Source: Azolla caroliniana (lineage: Eukaryota; Plantae; Polypodiophyta). Taken from it: 64,000 nt of DNA. Under the pieces are notes generated by a model, which was not told the DNA's origin, made no database searches, and saw only the letters and a list, made by a program, of their open reading frames with translations. Both the position numbers and the translations under genes were made by a program. The stretch lies in assembly GCA_043228905.1 (NCBI GenBank), contig JBHGNT010000002.1:28086001-28150000 (forward strand). The letters are read 5' to 3'. Numbering within the stretch: position 1 is the first letter of the stretch; the number at the start of each line of letters is the position of its first letter. Below are positions 28,970-44,280 of this stretch, piece after piece.

Positions 28970-29038
28970 TTAGAGGACAACACAGTTGATTTTATTGGTC
29001 ATGCGTGAACCTTATATCGAGATGATGCATATCTGGAG
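28970..29038 (+). pseudogene. GDI: Rab GDP-dissociation inhibitor fragment (central)
   Basis: LEDNTVDFIGHA*TLYRDDAYLE, fused directly to the SBE fragment. Confidence 0.8.
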
Positions 29039-29424
29039 TCTTTTACTAAATAAAATCAACATAGTTTATATCTGGAGGCTATTATAACCAGCATTAAGCT
29101 TGTGGATTATGAAAGTGCTAACAAATTAGTATAGTTTTAGGGAAAACAAATGTGCATGTTACAGAGAAAGATGTTCTGCCCCTGAAAACTTCCTTTGCAA
29201 GTATATGATGGCTTCTTTTGAATTCCAGGAAGAGTTTTCAGAGAAGTAGAGCTTGGAGAGTCCATCAGATATGCTTTAGGTGATGTTGTTGAAGGTTAGT
29301 TAAATGAACTTTTCTGTTTGAATGCTGCAAATCACATTCCCAAACTTGAGGGCAGCTTGCCTCATCCAAGTGGTTATACATAATATAAAGATTGTTTACA
29401 AATGTCACAGTGAAATGTGGCTAA

Positions 29425-29922
29425 TGTTCTGAGTCATTAGCTCATTTTCGAGGAGGCTCTCTGTATATATACCCTTTGTATGAGCTTGGTGAATTAGCAC
29501 AAGGTTTTGCACGACTGAGTGCAGTTTATGGTTGGACATATATGCTTGCAAAACCAGAGTGTAAGGTAGAATTTGATGACGAAGGAAAGGTTTGTGGTGT
29601 CACATCGAATGGAGAGACGGCGAGGACAAAGAAGGTTGTAGGTGATCCATCATATCTTCCAAACAAGGTGAAAAAGCTAGGCAGGAAATCTGACATGAAT
29701 TAGTCTTTTGGGACCCGTGGATGAAATTTTCTTCGATACCTATGATACATTTGTACCAGTCAATGAACCTTCATTGGATCAATGCTATATATCCAATAGC
29801 TAGGATGCAACCACCCATTTTGAGACCGCTGTGGAAGATGTTTTGGCAATGTATACAGCTATCACTGGAACGGTTTTGGATTTGTCTGTGGATGTAAGTG
29901 CAGTTACTGCAACTGATGAGTA
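29425..29922 (+). pseudogene. GDI: Processed Rab-GDI fragment (middle to C-terminus, internal deletions)
   Basis: [67 protein letters not shown], then LLGPVDEIFFDTYD..DATTHFETAVEDVLAMY..LDLSVDVSA. Confidence 0.92.
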
Positions 29923-30063
29923 TTTCTTTTTGCCATCTCTCTTTATGGGAGACATACAGTTAATTACAGAGCCAAATTGCAATTTTTTATTTTTTATTTT
30001 TTTTCTACATATGTTAAGACCAGCCAGATTTTCTGGTGTCTTGCATAGGGTTTGCCAAGTACA

Positions 30064-30257
30064 ATGATCATGATTAGGAATGATTATTATGATGGAGAGT
30101 CAACATCTCTCAATCTTACACAGTTGTGGTCCACAGTGACAAGCCTCCTATGTTTAAAGTCGTTGATGGGAGCTATGTTTTTAATAAATGGAAGATTCAC
30201 AAGGTTCCTGCTACAGATGTAGTAGCATTGAAGTCTCCCCTCATGGGTCTATTTGAG
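30064..30257 (+). pseudogene. GDI: Rab-GDI N-terminal fragments placed after the C-terminal fragment
   Basis: [18 protein letters not shown] followed by KPP|[35 protein letters not shown]. Confidence 0.88.
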
Positions 30258-31403
30258 TTTGACTTGGGAGATGCAAGTTATTTAAGATATATGGGACTGC
30301 AAGTAGCTTGGAATGTGTCTACAGAATAGCTTGGAATGTGTCTACATAATAACTTTCAGATTAGTTGACTAGTTTTCTCTACTTTGGAGTACATAGATTG
30401 CTTTCCTCAAACCATCATCTTATAAAGATGAGTTGGGAAAAATATTTTGTATGTTGTTGTTATGACTTTTCTAAAAACTAATGGAAGGATATGTTCTTTT
30501 GAAGAAAAAAAAAAAAAGTCAAAATAAATCTAGTGATGATGGAGAGTAATTAAAGGCATCTCCTGTGCACAAAATCAATGGGGGGCTTTAATAAAGACAT
30601 GCCCTAAGGTTTGTGTGTCCACACAATGTGTGGTCAGGCTTGTTATCTAAATGTGTCCCTTTAAGTTCAATTGTGTTGTACCATAAACCGAACAACTAAC
30701 TTGTCATTGTATCACCCTCATTAAACCTTGCCAAATCAAGTGGACATAGGCCACGTATCATGAAAATTTACAACTCTTGTCTGTGCTAAGATATCCGCCA
30801 TTTAGTGATTAGAGAGAATACATCAAAGATAAGGTTCCATGCTCCATTTTCATTGGAAGCCTCAACCTCCTTGCATGGTCTCCACCCATTCAAATTTGTC
30901 TCTCACTGACTACATCATGAAGCCCATTGCCTTCATCATGGAGACGTGGTTTTGTGCCTTGCAATCATTATACCCCAACCACGTGATTGTATTATTCTTT
31001 TCGGTTGAGCACCCTATCATAGGATTTCTTCACTTTGGTTGTCCTCATTATCTAAGTAAATGCCCTTCCAATTTTGATGAGCAAAAATTGGTAGGTCCAT
31101 AATAGTAATTCCCTTAATCAAAGTTGTGAACATGTCAATTGATGGACTATACCAAAGACATAAGCCCCAAGGAAAATTGCATGACAAGTTTATATCATAC
31201 AAAAATGTACGAGAGAGGAGAAAATAGGAAGCAAAATGATCGATCTAAGGATGTATAGGTCTTGACAAACAAGATTGGTGTGGATTCGTGCCACTAAATG
31301 GGAGTATCCACGCCAATGCACACATACCTTCATCATAGTGCATGGGCAAGGCTTCTTGTCATACTTCACGGCCACCCCTCTCCAATACCACATCCTACCA
31401 CTC

Positions 31404-31709
31404 ATTCACCCTACACTAAAAAAGGTGAGCATCTTCTCCCCCGATGGAAAGGGCGCGAACATGGGTACCCCCCAACACTAAATGCAAATGATGAAGAAAG
31501 TTGTCAACACTTTCTTGTGTACAGAAACATTAATTCCACCTCAATGGTGGCATGTTATTCACCCTACACTAAAAAAGGTGAGCATCTTCTCCCCCAATGG
31601 AAAGGGCGTGAACATGGGTACCCCCCAACACTAAATGCAAATGATGAAGAAAGTTGTCAACACTTTCTTGTGTACAGAAACATTAATTCCACCTCAAAGG
31701 TGGCATGTT
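31404..31709. repeat. Near-perfect 153-bp tandem duplication
   Basis: attcaccctacactaaaaaaggtgagc...ggtggcatgtt at 31404 and 31557, with few mismatches. Confidence 0.95.
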
Positions 31710-32929
31710 GCAGCCATGGCCAAACTAGGTAATGGTTAACAAACAAAAGAATTTACAGTTAATGAAGCTTCTCTTCCGCAAACAATCTTACATTGTTGAT
31801 CAAAATATGGATCATTGATACATTGTTGAACAAGTAGAAGACAAATATTAAAGGGAAGGATCAGCCTATGTACATACCTATGTAGGGTATCAAATATTGG
31901 TGAGAGAGAGAGAGAGTTGTGAGTTTAGTGGTATATGTGGAGTAAGAAGGGGGAGGTATCCAAACTGATTTTTGACCATTTACTTTACCTGGGATATTAC
32001 TTTGTTAGAAGACAACTTGAAAGGATATAAAAGATTTGAAGTGATTGAAACCTCTTCCCATGCAGTCATTATCCACAAAGAACACCCAAGTACAGAATAC
32101 TACTTTATCCAACTAAAACTGGCTCTCTAAACTTCAATTGACATTCAACAGTAAAATTATCTTCTAACTTAAAAGCTGATCAAAATCTACAACTGACTTA
32201 ACAAGCAGAACAAAAAACAGCTACTTGTAGCACCAACATACCTTAGTGAGAACAGGAGATTTATTTAAGCATTACTCTTGATTTTGATGAAAGTAGAGAT
32301 GTTGCACCAAACCAGAACATTCTACTCTGATCCCTGAGATGAGCAATATTGGAATAGACTTCCTCAGTCTTCTCTGCTAGCTCACTGTGACTAGCTTTAC
32401 CAGCTTTACAGATGTACAGTGTCCTTGTAAAATGTGAAAGCAACTGCTGATTGATCAACTATTAGCAGTTTATGTGGTGCTAATAGTCATGTGTTATCAA
32501 AGAGCATAAGTGAGTATAACAAAGAGCATTAAGTCGACTTTCTAACTTAGTATACAAAGACAAATCAAGCAATTATCCCACAGGAAACTGCAGGGAAGTC
32601 AAAAAAACTTTGAAACTAAGAATAAACGTAAGTCGACTTGAATGCCAACATTGAGGGACGCTGATATTACTTAATGCAGGTGAGCAATACAAGTTCCTCT
32701 AAATTTTTATCTAGTTTAATTTGCTAGCTAGTCACGTTCATCCATTCCCTTATTGATACAAAGATAGTTACAAGTTCACTTGAATTCAGACAACAAGAGA
32801 CCATAATTTTATGGCAGGTGAAGAAAACGAGTTCCCCTGAATTTTACCTTGTTTAATTTGCTAACGTATCAAATGTTTCAGGCTCATACATGCCCTTAAT
32901 GATACAAAGTTAGTTTCAAAGAGAATACA

Positions 32930-36020
<3,091 letters not shown>

Positions 36021-36031
36021 CCTTCTTAACC

Positions 36032-36143
36032 CCTGCTCTGCTCTTCCCTGCTCTTCTCTTCTCTTACCTGCTCTTCCCTGCTCTGCTCTGCTCTGTTCTG
36101 CTCTTCCCTGCTCTGCTCTGCTCTTCCCTGCTCTGTTCTGCTC
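36032..36143. repeat. Compound CTGCT/CTTCC low-complexity repeat in the KAE1 5'UTR
   Basis: ctgctctgctcttccc variants repeated directly upstream of the ATG, followed by a telo-box (tagggttt). Confidence 0.85.
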
Positions 36144-38594
36144 GGGGCTTAGGGTTTTGTGGCTTATACCCTACCCTCTCTGTAAAAAACAGACATTTGA
36201 GAGGTCATTCTTGAATCATCATCATCATATTCACCACTCTTTTACTGTTAGTAACATAAACGCGAAATTACAAAACTAGGCTTCTTCTAGTTAGGACAGA
36301 AAGAAAGAAGTAAAGACACAACAACATAAAGAGGGCATAAAAGAAAGGGCTATAAGCTTGTTATGGTGTCCCCGATTCTTGAAATACTCACTTTAAAAAC
36401 TTTGCTTGTAAAGGTCATTTTTCCGCCTTTTCTAGTCCTCCTCCTTATTCTCTAAACTTGATCCGCTCTCCTTCTAACTCCGAGTTTGGCGATCAATGCT
36501 TTCACTTAACTTCGCAGTAATCACTTTGCATGGGCGTGTAGCTCCTAAGTTAATGTAAGTGTGGATTTTCCTAATAAGTTCACCCTTCAATTGCTTATGT
36601 ATTGAGTTTCTTAAGTAGGTAAGTAAGATGATGATTGTCGACGTATCATTGATTAAGTGAGAGAGGTTACGTAACCACCTTGTCATTATTGTTATTGAGG
36701 TGTCTTGTAGTTAGTATTTAAAGGGTACGTAAGCAAGAAGTATGTCATACAAATGACAAAGCTATAATTTTGTATGTGTCAATGGCGATATTAGTACATC
36801 AATCCCTCCATGACTTCTAGGTAAAAAAGAGAGGGATGGACAAAGGCAAAGAATTCAACACTTCCTAGAGTAGTTAGCATTGTGGTAACCCTGCGAGTCT
36901 TCTTACCCAACCCATCATCAAAGTAGACCTTCATTGCATTTGCAATCATCATAATTAGTAGAGATGTGCTCCTAATTGGCCTATATTGCTTTCTAAGAGT
37001 CATGACACCATTGTAACCATTACTATATTAATGGAATATATTGATTGTCCTTCTAAATCCATGTCAACCTAGTGTTCAAATCGTTTATCATAAGTAACCG
37101 TGTACAACCTTTAATAAATTCCAACAAATGTGTGTCATAGCCGCAAACTACCAACCATCTATTGTCAACCTTCATTGAAACACAAGTCATCACCCTCATT
37201 AGACAATTCTTGAATATCCAATTTAGTCTTTAGGAATCTCGTAGTTGGGAATCATCTAGTTTGACTCCAATAGATTAAAATTTAAAAGCTTTCTCGTCAT
37301 TTCCACTATGTTAAGTCACACTCTTCTTGTACCAGAATGTATATTTTGAATCAAAAACATGGCAAAAGTTGGAAAGAGAAAGACATAATACAATGTATTG
37401 ATATTCGTAAACAAGCAAAATATTCAAGAAAATGTATAATTAGCCTCAATTTAAGTGTGTGACAAGGCCTAATTCAACTCTTTAGAATGAACCTAGGGGT
37501 TTTCTTGTTTATTAAAATGCCATTAAAAAGAATGTGTTGCATGAAGTCTAAAGATTTTAATTTCCAACTTATTGTTAATGAAAATGCATGGGTAATAGAT
37601 CACTTCGGTAATCTAAGGATTATTGTTCTACACGTATTCCTAGTTACATATATATTGGATTATATACCATCAGATATTTTCCATTCCAACTATCATCACA
37701 TCAACAATAGGACTCACATGACTATGATATAACGATGAATATTGTGAATGTGGTGGTAAACTTTTGTGGGAATTGCAATGAAAAGGGGCAAACATGTAGC
37801 AACTAACGAGATCAATGCAAAATTATGATGAGATCACGAAAGATTGACAATTATATATAATCAAGATGTGATGTAATATTTTGTACTACAGACTCTATGG
37901 GCTTCTTGAATTCAATGTGTTGTGGTGTGGGGCCTAGTCTCTTATCCATTGGAGTATACAAAGAATGTTCACTCCCTTTTGAAACTCAGTTATTTTGGAA
38001 CAAGTGGAAGTTGACTACGAATTTGCATCTTGTCATATTAAGTAGGAAAATTATAAAGATGGATTCTACCAAACCAACACACTCTTTTCAAATGGACATT
38101 GCTTGTGGTCACGTAAAAAGCAGTCATTGGTGTGATAGTTAATATGTATGAACATTAATTATCGTAAAAGAATGACTTATTGTTGGTGATTACTGTCTGA
38201 TACCAAATTACCTTCAACCAACTTGTTACATAAGGCTTATAAATTTACAAGGTTTATGACCTTGTTTGAGATTTAAGGGGGAAATAAGGATATTTATAAC
38301 CCCAAAACCATATATTGGGAGGATAGGTACGTTAATTAAAAAACTATATAATCATATTGCCATAGTTGCGTAGTTGTCGTAGTAGTGGGTTCCATAACAA
38401 TTACTCATCAAAGGTGGTCCCATATCATGTGGCTTTGGTTTAGGTCCATTTTTTCTCTCCACCGATGTCAATACATGTATTAGGAACGTCAATATTGGAT
38501 ATGACAATTGTCAATGACACGAGATGAATGGTTGCCACTAGACAAAACATGATAGACTACATCAGCACAAGAGAGAGCCCATCCTTCAAGTGCA

Positions 38595-40255
38595 TTAAGG
38601 AGAGGCGAAAAAGGTGTAGCACATGCCATCGATGTAGGGCGGGCTAGGAGGAGCCCAACACACGTTGTATAGATTGCAAGGCCAGAAGCCACCCATGATG
38701 GGCAACACTTGTTCATGGTATATCAATCCTTGGTTGGTTTGGGGACCAAAGTACGTGTTCATGTGAGAGCCATGGGCATTTGGGAAAGCGTTGTTGTGGG
38801 GAGGTAGAGAAAAAGGGGACAATGTGGAAGTGCTACGGTTATGAGGACCATTAGAATTAGGGTTAGGACATGGAGAGTTTAAGCTGGGGTGACTAGGGTT
38901 AACATGGTAAATTAGATTCCTTGATTCATGAAGATTTGCATTCTCTTGTGACAACCCATGACTTCCCAAGTCACTTACAAGCCCACGAGGGACTTGCACG
39001 ACGCTACATTTATTGAGATCATTAACCTCTAATCTTGGGTGGTCATTTGTCTTCGTATATTGGGCATTAATCGAGCCATAGGCATTTGCCACATTAGCCT
39101 TCGATGGGAAGCTGGTTGATAGGCCTTGCTTAAGGTTAACTATGTCACAATCACTAGGGATCATGAATGGGCTCATTTGCACATCATTGAGCTTAATGAC
39201 CTTGTTCCGGCGCTTTCCAGCACCGATGGGCACGTTCCGCAGCGTGCCGCCAGCAGTCCAATAGCGCTGGCATTTCTTGCAAAAGTGGCGAGGTTGGTTC
39301 ACGTTGTAATTGTTGAAGTAGCAAAACTTGGTGTCTGTGCTCTTGCACCGCGGACAAGGTGTGGCGGGGCAGTGTCGTGGCGGCCTACCCACGGGTGCGA
39401 GCTTGTTAGGAGGTGCGGCCACATGTGTCGGTTTGGTTCGTTGCCCATCTTCCGGGCCGGCATTCTCAAGTAAACCATTTCCATCCTTCATGTTCGGGTC
39501 ATCATCCTCATCCACCGCGGATTTCATGTCTAATAATCCTGGCATTTCGATACTTCTGGCCTCTGAATCATTCTCAACTTCATCGTAATCCCCCTCGGAT
39601 TTCTTCGTAATCAAGTTGATCGATCCACATGGGCGGTCATCACTCGCTTCCTCGAGCTTCGTCGGGTTTGTGTTGATATAACCACCCATCAAATGATGGG
39701 CACTCATGATTTCTTCTAGCGCCTCCTTCTCTACTACTCCGTGGACCCATGAACTCGATCGTATATCGTAGTGGAACGCTGATTCCTTCGCCATTGGAAG
39801 CCGATCAATTTCTGCCTCATCTGATGAGCTCATTAATCCATGAGCATAATAATTATCTGCCATCTCTACTCGTGTAGGTGATAATCTCTCTTCCTGGATT
39901 ATGTATGATAAAATTCCCCCACTAAATTTAGCTTAATTCGTGATTAGGATGAATCTGCTAAAAAACATAGCTTCATTGATATACTAATGATGAAGCATGA
40001 TTAGCAAACCAAACTACACCTTGACTAACATAAAGGTTTGTGATTAAGACTCAAAGGGTGATGGAAATTCTGATTAAGATTGACATTAAGATTGAGGTCA
40101 AGAGTAGGATTAAAATTAAAATTTAGATGGAGATGGAGGCTGAGATTAATACTCACCTTAGTGATGGAAATGGGAGGCTTAATTGTCTTTCCAAAGAGCA
40201 TGATCGCATGGCCATCAGCAGCTCTCTTCAAGGAGGAGTTCAATGTATGATTCAT
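38595..40255 (-). CDS. Cycling-Dof-factor (CDF)-like transcription factor
   Basis: Exon 40157-40255 (IMLFGKTI, donor GTGAGT) splices in frame to 38595-39893. CDF-type Dof domain [52 protein letters not shown]. Confidence 0.9.
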
Positions 40256-40614
40256 CAGAAGTTTTACAGTTCCATGAACCTACAGGAAAGTTTCTTAAAT
40301 TTGGAGAGACGATGATCAAAGAAGCAGAATCGAGTGTATTGAAAACCTAATATACAATCATCAGGTTTGGGAGAGATTATACAGTTAGGGTTTGGAGTGG
40401 TATGAACAGGGTTGAGATTAAGGAAACTTAAATCAATGGCTATACAATTAGAAGAAGAAAGAAACAACTTGGTTCTTAATCTCCAAAACTAAAATGAAAA
40501 TTGGAGACAATAAGAACCAAATCATTTTTGAGAATTTCCCAGAAATAAGGATAAATTAAATAGGTTAAAAAATGGAAAATTAAAACTCAAAAAAAGTTTT
40601 GAGTCGTATACATA

Positions 40615-40880
40615 CATATAACACAATCGGGGGTCAAGTTTTTGTTATTTTGCTTTTCTAGCCCCCTACCAAAATCAGTATGATATGTATAAAAATAAAA
40701 TACAACAAACGATATACACAAAGTTTGTGTTATTTGCTTTTCTAGGCCCCCAACAAAAACATTATGAAATGTATGTATAAAAATAAAATAAAACAAATGA
40801 TATACACATTAAGTTTTTGTTATTTGCTTTTCTTGCCCTCTCACGTAAACATTAAATATGTATACACATCAAACAAAACA
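40615..40880. repeat. Imperfect ~85-90-bp tandem repeat x3 upstream of the CDF-like gene
   Basis: agttt.tgttattt(t)gcttttct.g.ccc...atgtata unit at ~40637, 40721 and 40812. Confidence 0.75.
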
Positions 40881-41899
40881 AATGATGTACATCTGCATAT
40901 TGCTACCCCCCCCCCCCCCCCCCCCCCCCACACACACACATACCCCTCAAAAGAAAAATAAAAAATAAAAGAACAAGGAAGAGTATTTGATGACCCGATC
41001 AACGGTTGAATGTCATGTTGCACCCGAATGATCGAACCATGAGCATATGTAGGCACTCGACTTTGAATCATTTCAAGCTTGATCCTTAAACTTGGGCGGT
41101 ACCTAGCTCTTAAACTCGAGCCACCCCGGTTCCCCAAACCATGGGCTCTACTTGTTTGCTTCTCCCATGGAATCTCTCTTCATATTTTAATTTTGTGTGC
41201 CAAACATATATGTATCTTTGCATTCTCAAGTTTGTTATTGGTTTTTAGATGTGGCCTTCGCACTAAGATCGTGTGCATATATATATACATGTATATGTAT
41301 GTATCTATGTAAATGTTGCTTTACTTCCTCTCACTTTTTGAAAGTATCCCCCAAACCCCCTTTCACGTGGGTTTGCATAGTGGCCCCCATGCATGCCCTT
41401 CGTGCACAAGACCTTAAGCAATAAAGTCTCTTTGGGCCGTCATCCCTCATCCTCATCAAAAAATCTTGTTAAAGTGACCCTCTTTGGGCCCCACCCAAAG
41501 TTTAGCAGTAGCTAGAAAACAAGGTGGTTCCTCCCCATAGACAAACCTCCACACAATTCCAAAATTTATCCTCCTTTTCTTCTATTTCAAGTTCAAGGAT
41601 CACACAAAGAAAGTTCCTCGTTCCCACCCACATGTAACTCATGAAAGTTCCATATTATATTATCACCTTTGTGTTAAGTCCCCCTTTTGAGCCTCTTCCC
41701 CCCAACCCCAACCCCACCCCCAAACCTCTGCATGCCATGTGCTCCCTACTTATCTCTAGCCACCCACTTTTGTCTTGGAAACCAGCACTCTTTTTTTCGT
41801 AGATCCCTTTCTTTTGCAAAACACCCTATTAAACTTCAATAAAAATGCAAACCCTTGTATTGTTCCATAAATGACACAACCAAATACTTATATACTAAG

Positions 41900-44280
41900 A
41901 CGTCTTTCTAGCACACCTATCACAACGTAACACTTGAGATAATCTTTCAAATGTCTTCTTTATTAAAGGTGGCATTGTGTACATGGGCACAATTTATGCT
42001 TCTAAAATAAAGGCAAGATCATTCCATGACATATACACTCAATTTTCTAATAAAGGATAGTCAACATTTGAAATTGAAAAAAGAAGAGAATAAAGAATTT
42101 TTTTTTGTGAATTCATGATTGCTCATACACTAGTATTGTTATAAAAATGAATGCTTTAATATGTTTGACGTATTATCAAATACTCAAAAACAAATTTCAC
42201 ACCCTCCACCAGAATTTCAAATAACAAAATTGTGTCAATGGACCTCTCTTAGGATGTATTGATGATGTCAATTTTCATCATTGCTAACAAATTCACTAAC
42301 ATTAGTTGACGATCTGGCTCACACTACATCAAGGATCACCTACATGGGATGAGGGAAATACATCACCAAAACTATTGCAAAGACAAGACCATTGGATACC
42401 TCGTACATATATTTAACGACCTTCTTTGTCGTGCTGCCGTAATTCCATATTTTAAAGTACTTACAAGATAAAAATGAAATCTCACAAAAATAATAAGGAA
42501 AAGAAAATCTGTAAGTTTTGTAAAACAATCGGACAACTCAAAAACGCCCTTAATGTTTTTCCATTGTTTCTACAAATTTATCATATAATGGGCAACACAA
42601 CACAATCATGGAAAGGAGCACAAATTCACCATATAAATGCTTGAGAGGGGGTTTAGAAGGGCATTTATGGGAATAACAAGTATTTATAGAAAACTAGAAA
42701 AATTGCAAAAAAAACTCAGATATTGTGCCTTCTCAATAAGTTGTTCCTTAAAAAGATTCCCCACAATAACTTTGTAAGAGTCAATTGGGACAATGTGCTT
42801 TGTTATATGTCAGGATCAATTTATAGTAAGAGATTTTGTACCTATTTGCAAGCATCATTTAGAAGTACGTGCCTCAACACCCTCAAAAGTGTGGCCTAAT
42901 TATGAGGGTCAAATCCATAACATGGCTCTTTTGGGGGGCACATTTCTCCTTGAAGAGGTTTAAATATATCTCAATGTTGGTGTTAGGATTGAATCATCAT
43001 TGTTACAAAAGACATCATATTAGCTATCGAAGAAAGATTTGAAACATGGTTAAGCCTACATCCTATGTTCTACAACTAAGCTCTCTTTAGATTAACCATG
43101 TTTCTATGTTTTGTAGTTCAATCATCTTCCTTGACCAACATTGAGAAACATAGCTACATTTCAACATTCCATTTTGGCACTTTATGCATTTTGTTCATGA
43201 TACATGTAGCAAACATTGTTGTTATATGGTGATATTCTTCCTTTTGATCAATTAGCAAATTGGTTAGTTAGCCTAGTATAGTTTCATGAATTTTTCTATT
43301 AAAGTTCTTCTTACAATTAAAGCCATTCCTAGTTGTTTTAATTATAAATTTAGCATTTTCTGTACTATGCCTTAGTTAGGCTAAACATGACAACTTTAGC
43401 AACATGTTTCTACAAATCATTAGTTAACAAGAAATTGAATAACATCATGTGTTTTTGAATTAGGCTTAATGATTTGAATAAAGCATTGCTCAATCTCATG
43501 CTTTGCAATGTATGCCACATCGGAAGACTCAAGCTTAAAGGGTAGGAGATTCATATCCCAAACAAAACAAACTTCTTATACATCAAAGTTAGTAACCAAC
43601 AATGTATTGAAGCAAACAATGGACACAATGTATTGAAGCCAACGAAGGACTCTTCCTTCACGTCAAACATATATAGTGCTGCTAGACTAAGAAATGAATT
43701 ATACATAATGGTGCTAGAAATGGCCAAGCACCATTCATACATGATTTTTTTCACCAAGAAAGCATACCCCATTAGAAGACCAAACTTAAAGCCTATGAGA
43801 GATTCATATCACAATAAAGAAAAAAAACTTATTATACATCAAAAGTTAGTAACCAACAAAGTATTAAAGATGACAATGGACTCTTCCTTAACATCAAACA
43901 TTTGTGTGGTCTTCTTTCACATATCATACTTCAGGTCAACATTTTCTGATCCATGAGCAATGACCTTATCCACTTTGTTCTTCTTTTGATTCATGCCATC
44001 ATGTAACTCCTTTACATGTTTCATGACATGGTCATTTAAAAAAAAAACTATAATAAGGTACTAAATTTCTTTCTTAGAGCTTTATATACACTCACTTTTT
44101 TCCTTCATCTCATAAAGTTCAGCTAAACGATGGCACAATTAAAGACATCTCCGAATAACTCCAAACTACTTGCTTTGAAGTTCTGAAAACATCATATATA
44201 CCTATGTGCATATTTAAATTTCATATTATATTAGTAAAATTTGTCTTTATTGTCAGATACGACCTTATCTTTGTGTAAGA
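41900..44280 (-). mobile_element. Decayed TE-like region with internal duplication (43570-43670 vs 43826-43900)
   Basis: Coding-like composition without an ORF; duplicated aaactt.ttatacatcaaa.gttagtaaccaacaa..ggactcttcctt segment. Confidence 0.25.

Larger units (their letters stand above)
27137..30515 (+). mobile_element. Non-autonomous chimeric retroposon (poly(A) + 16-bp TSD) carrying host gene fragments
   Basis: Identical aagtcaaaataaatct at 27121-27136 and 30516-30531, with an A13 run at 30505-30517 abutting the right copy. No RT/EN coding seen inside. Confidence 0.85.

Noticed and set aside
31298-31732. 144-aa ORF with a 51-aa repeat
   Set aside because: Explained by the 153-bp duplication; no recognisable domain.
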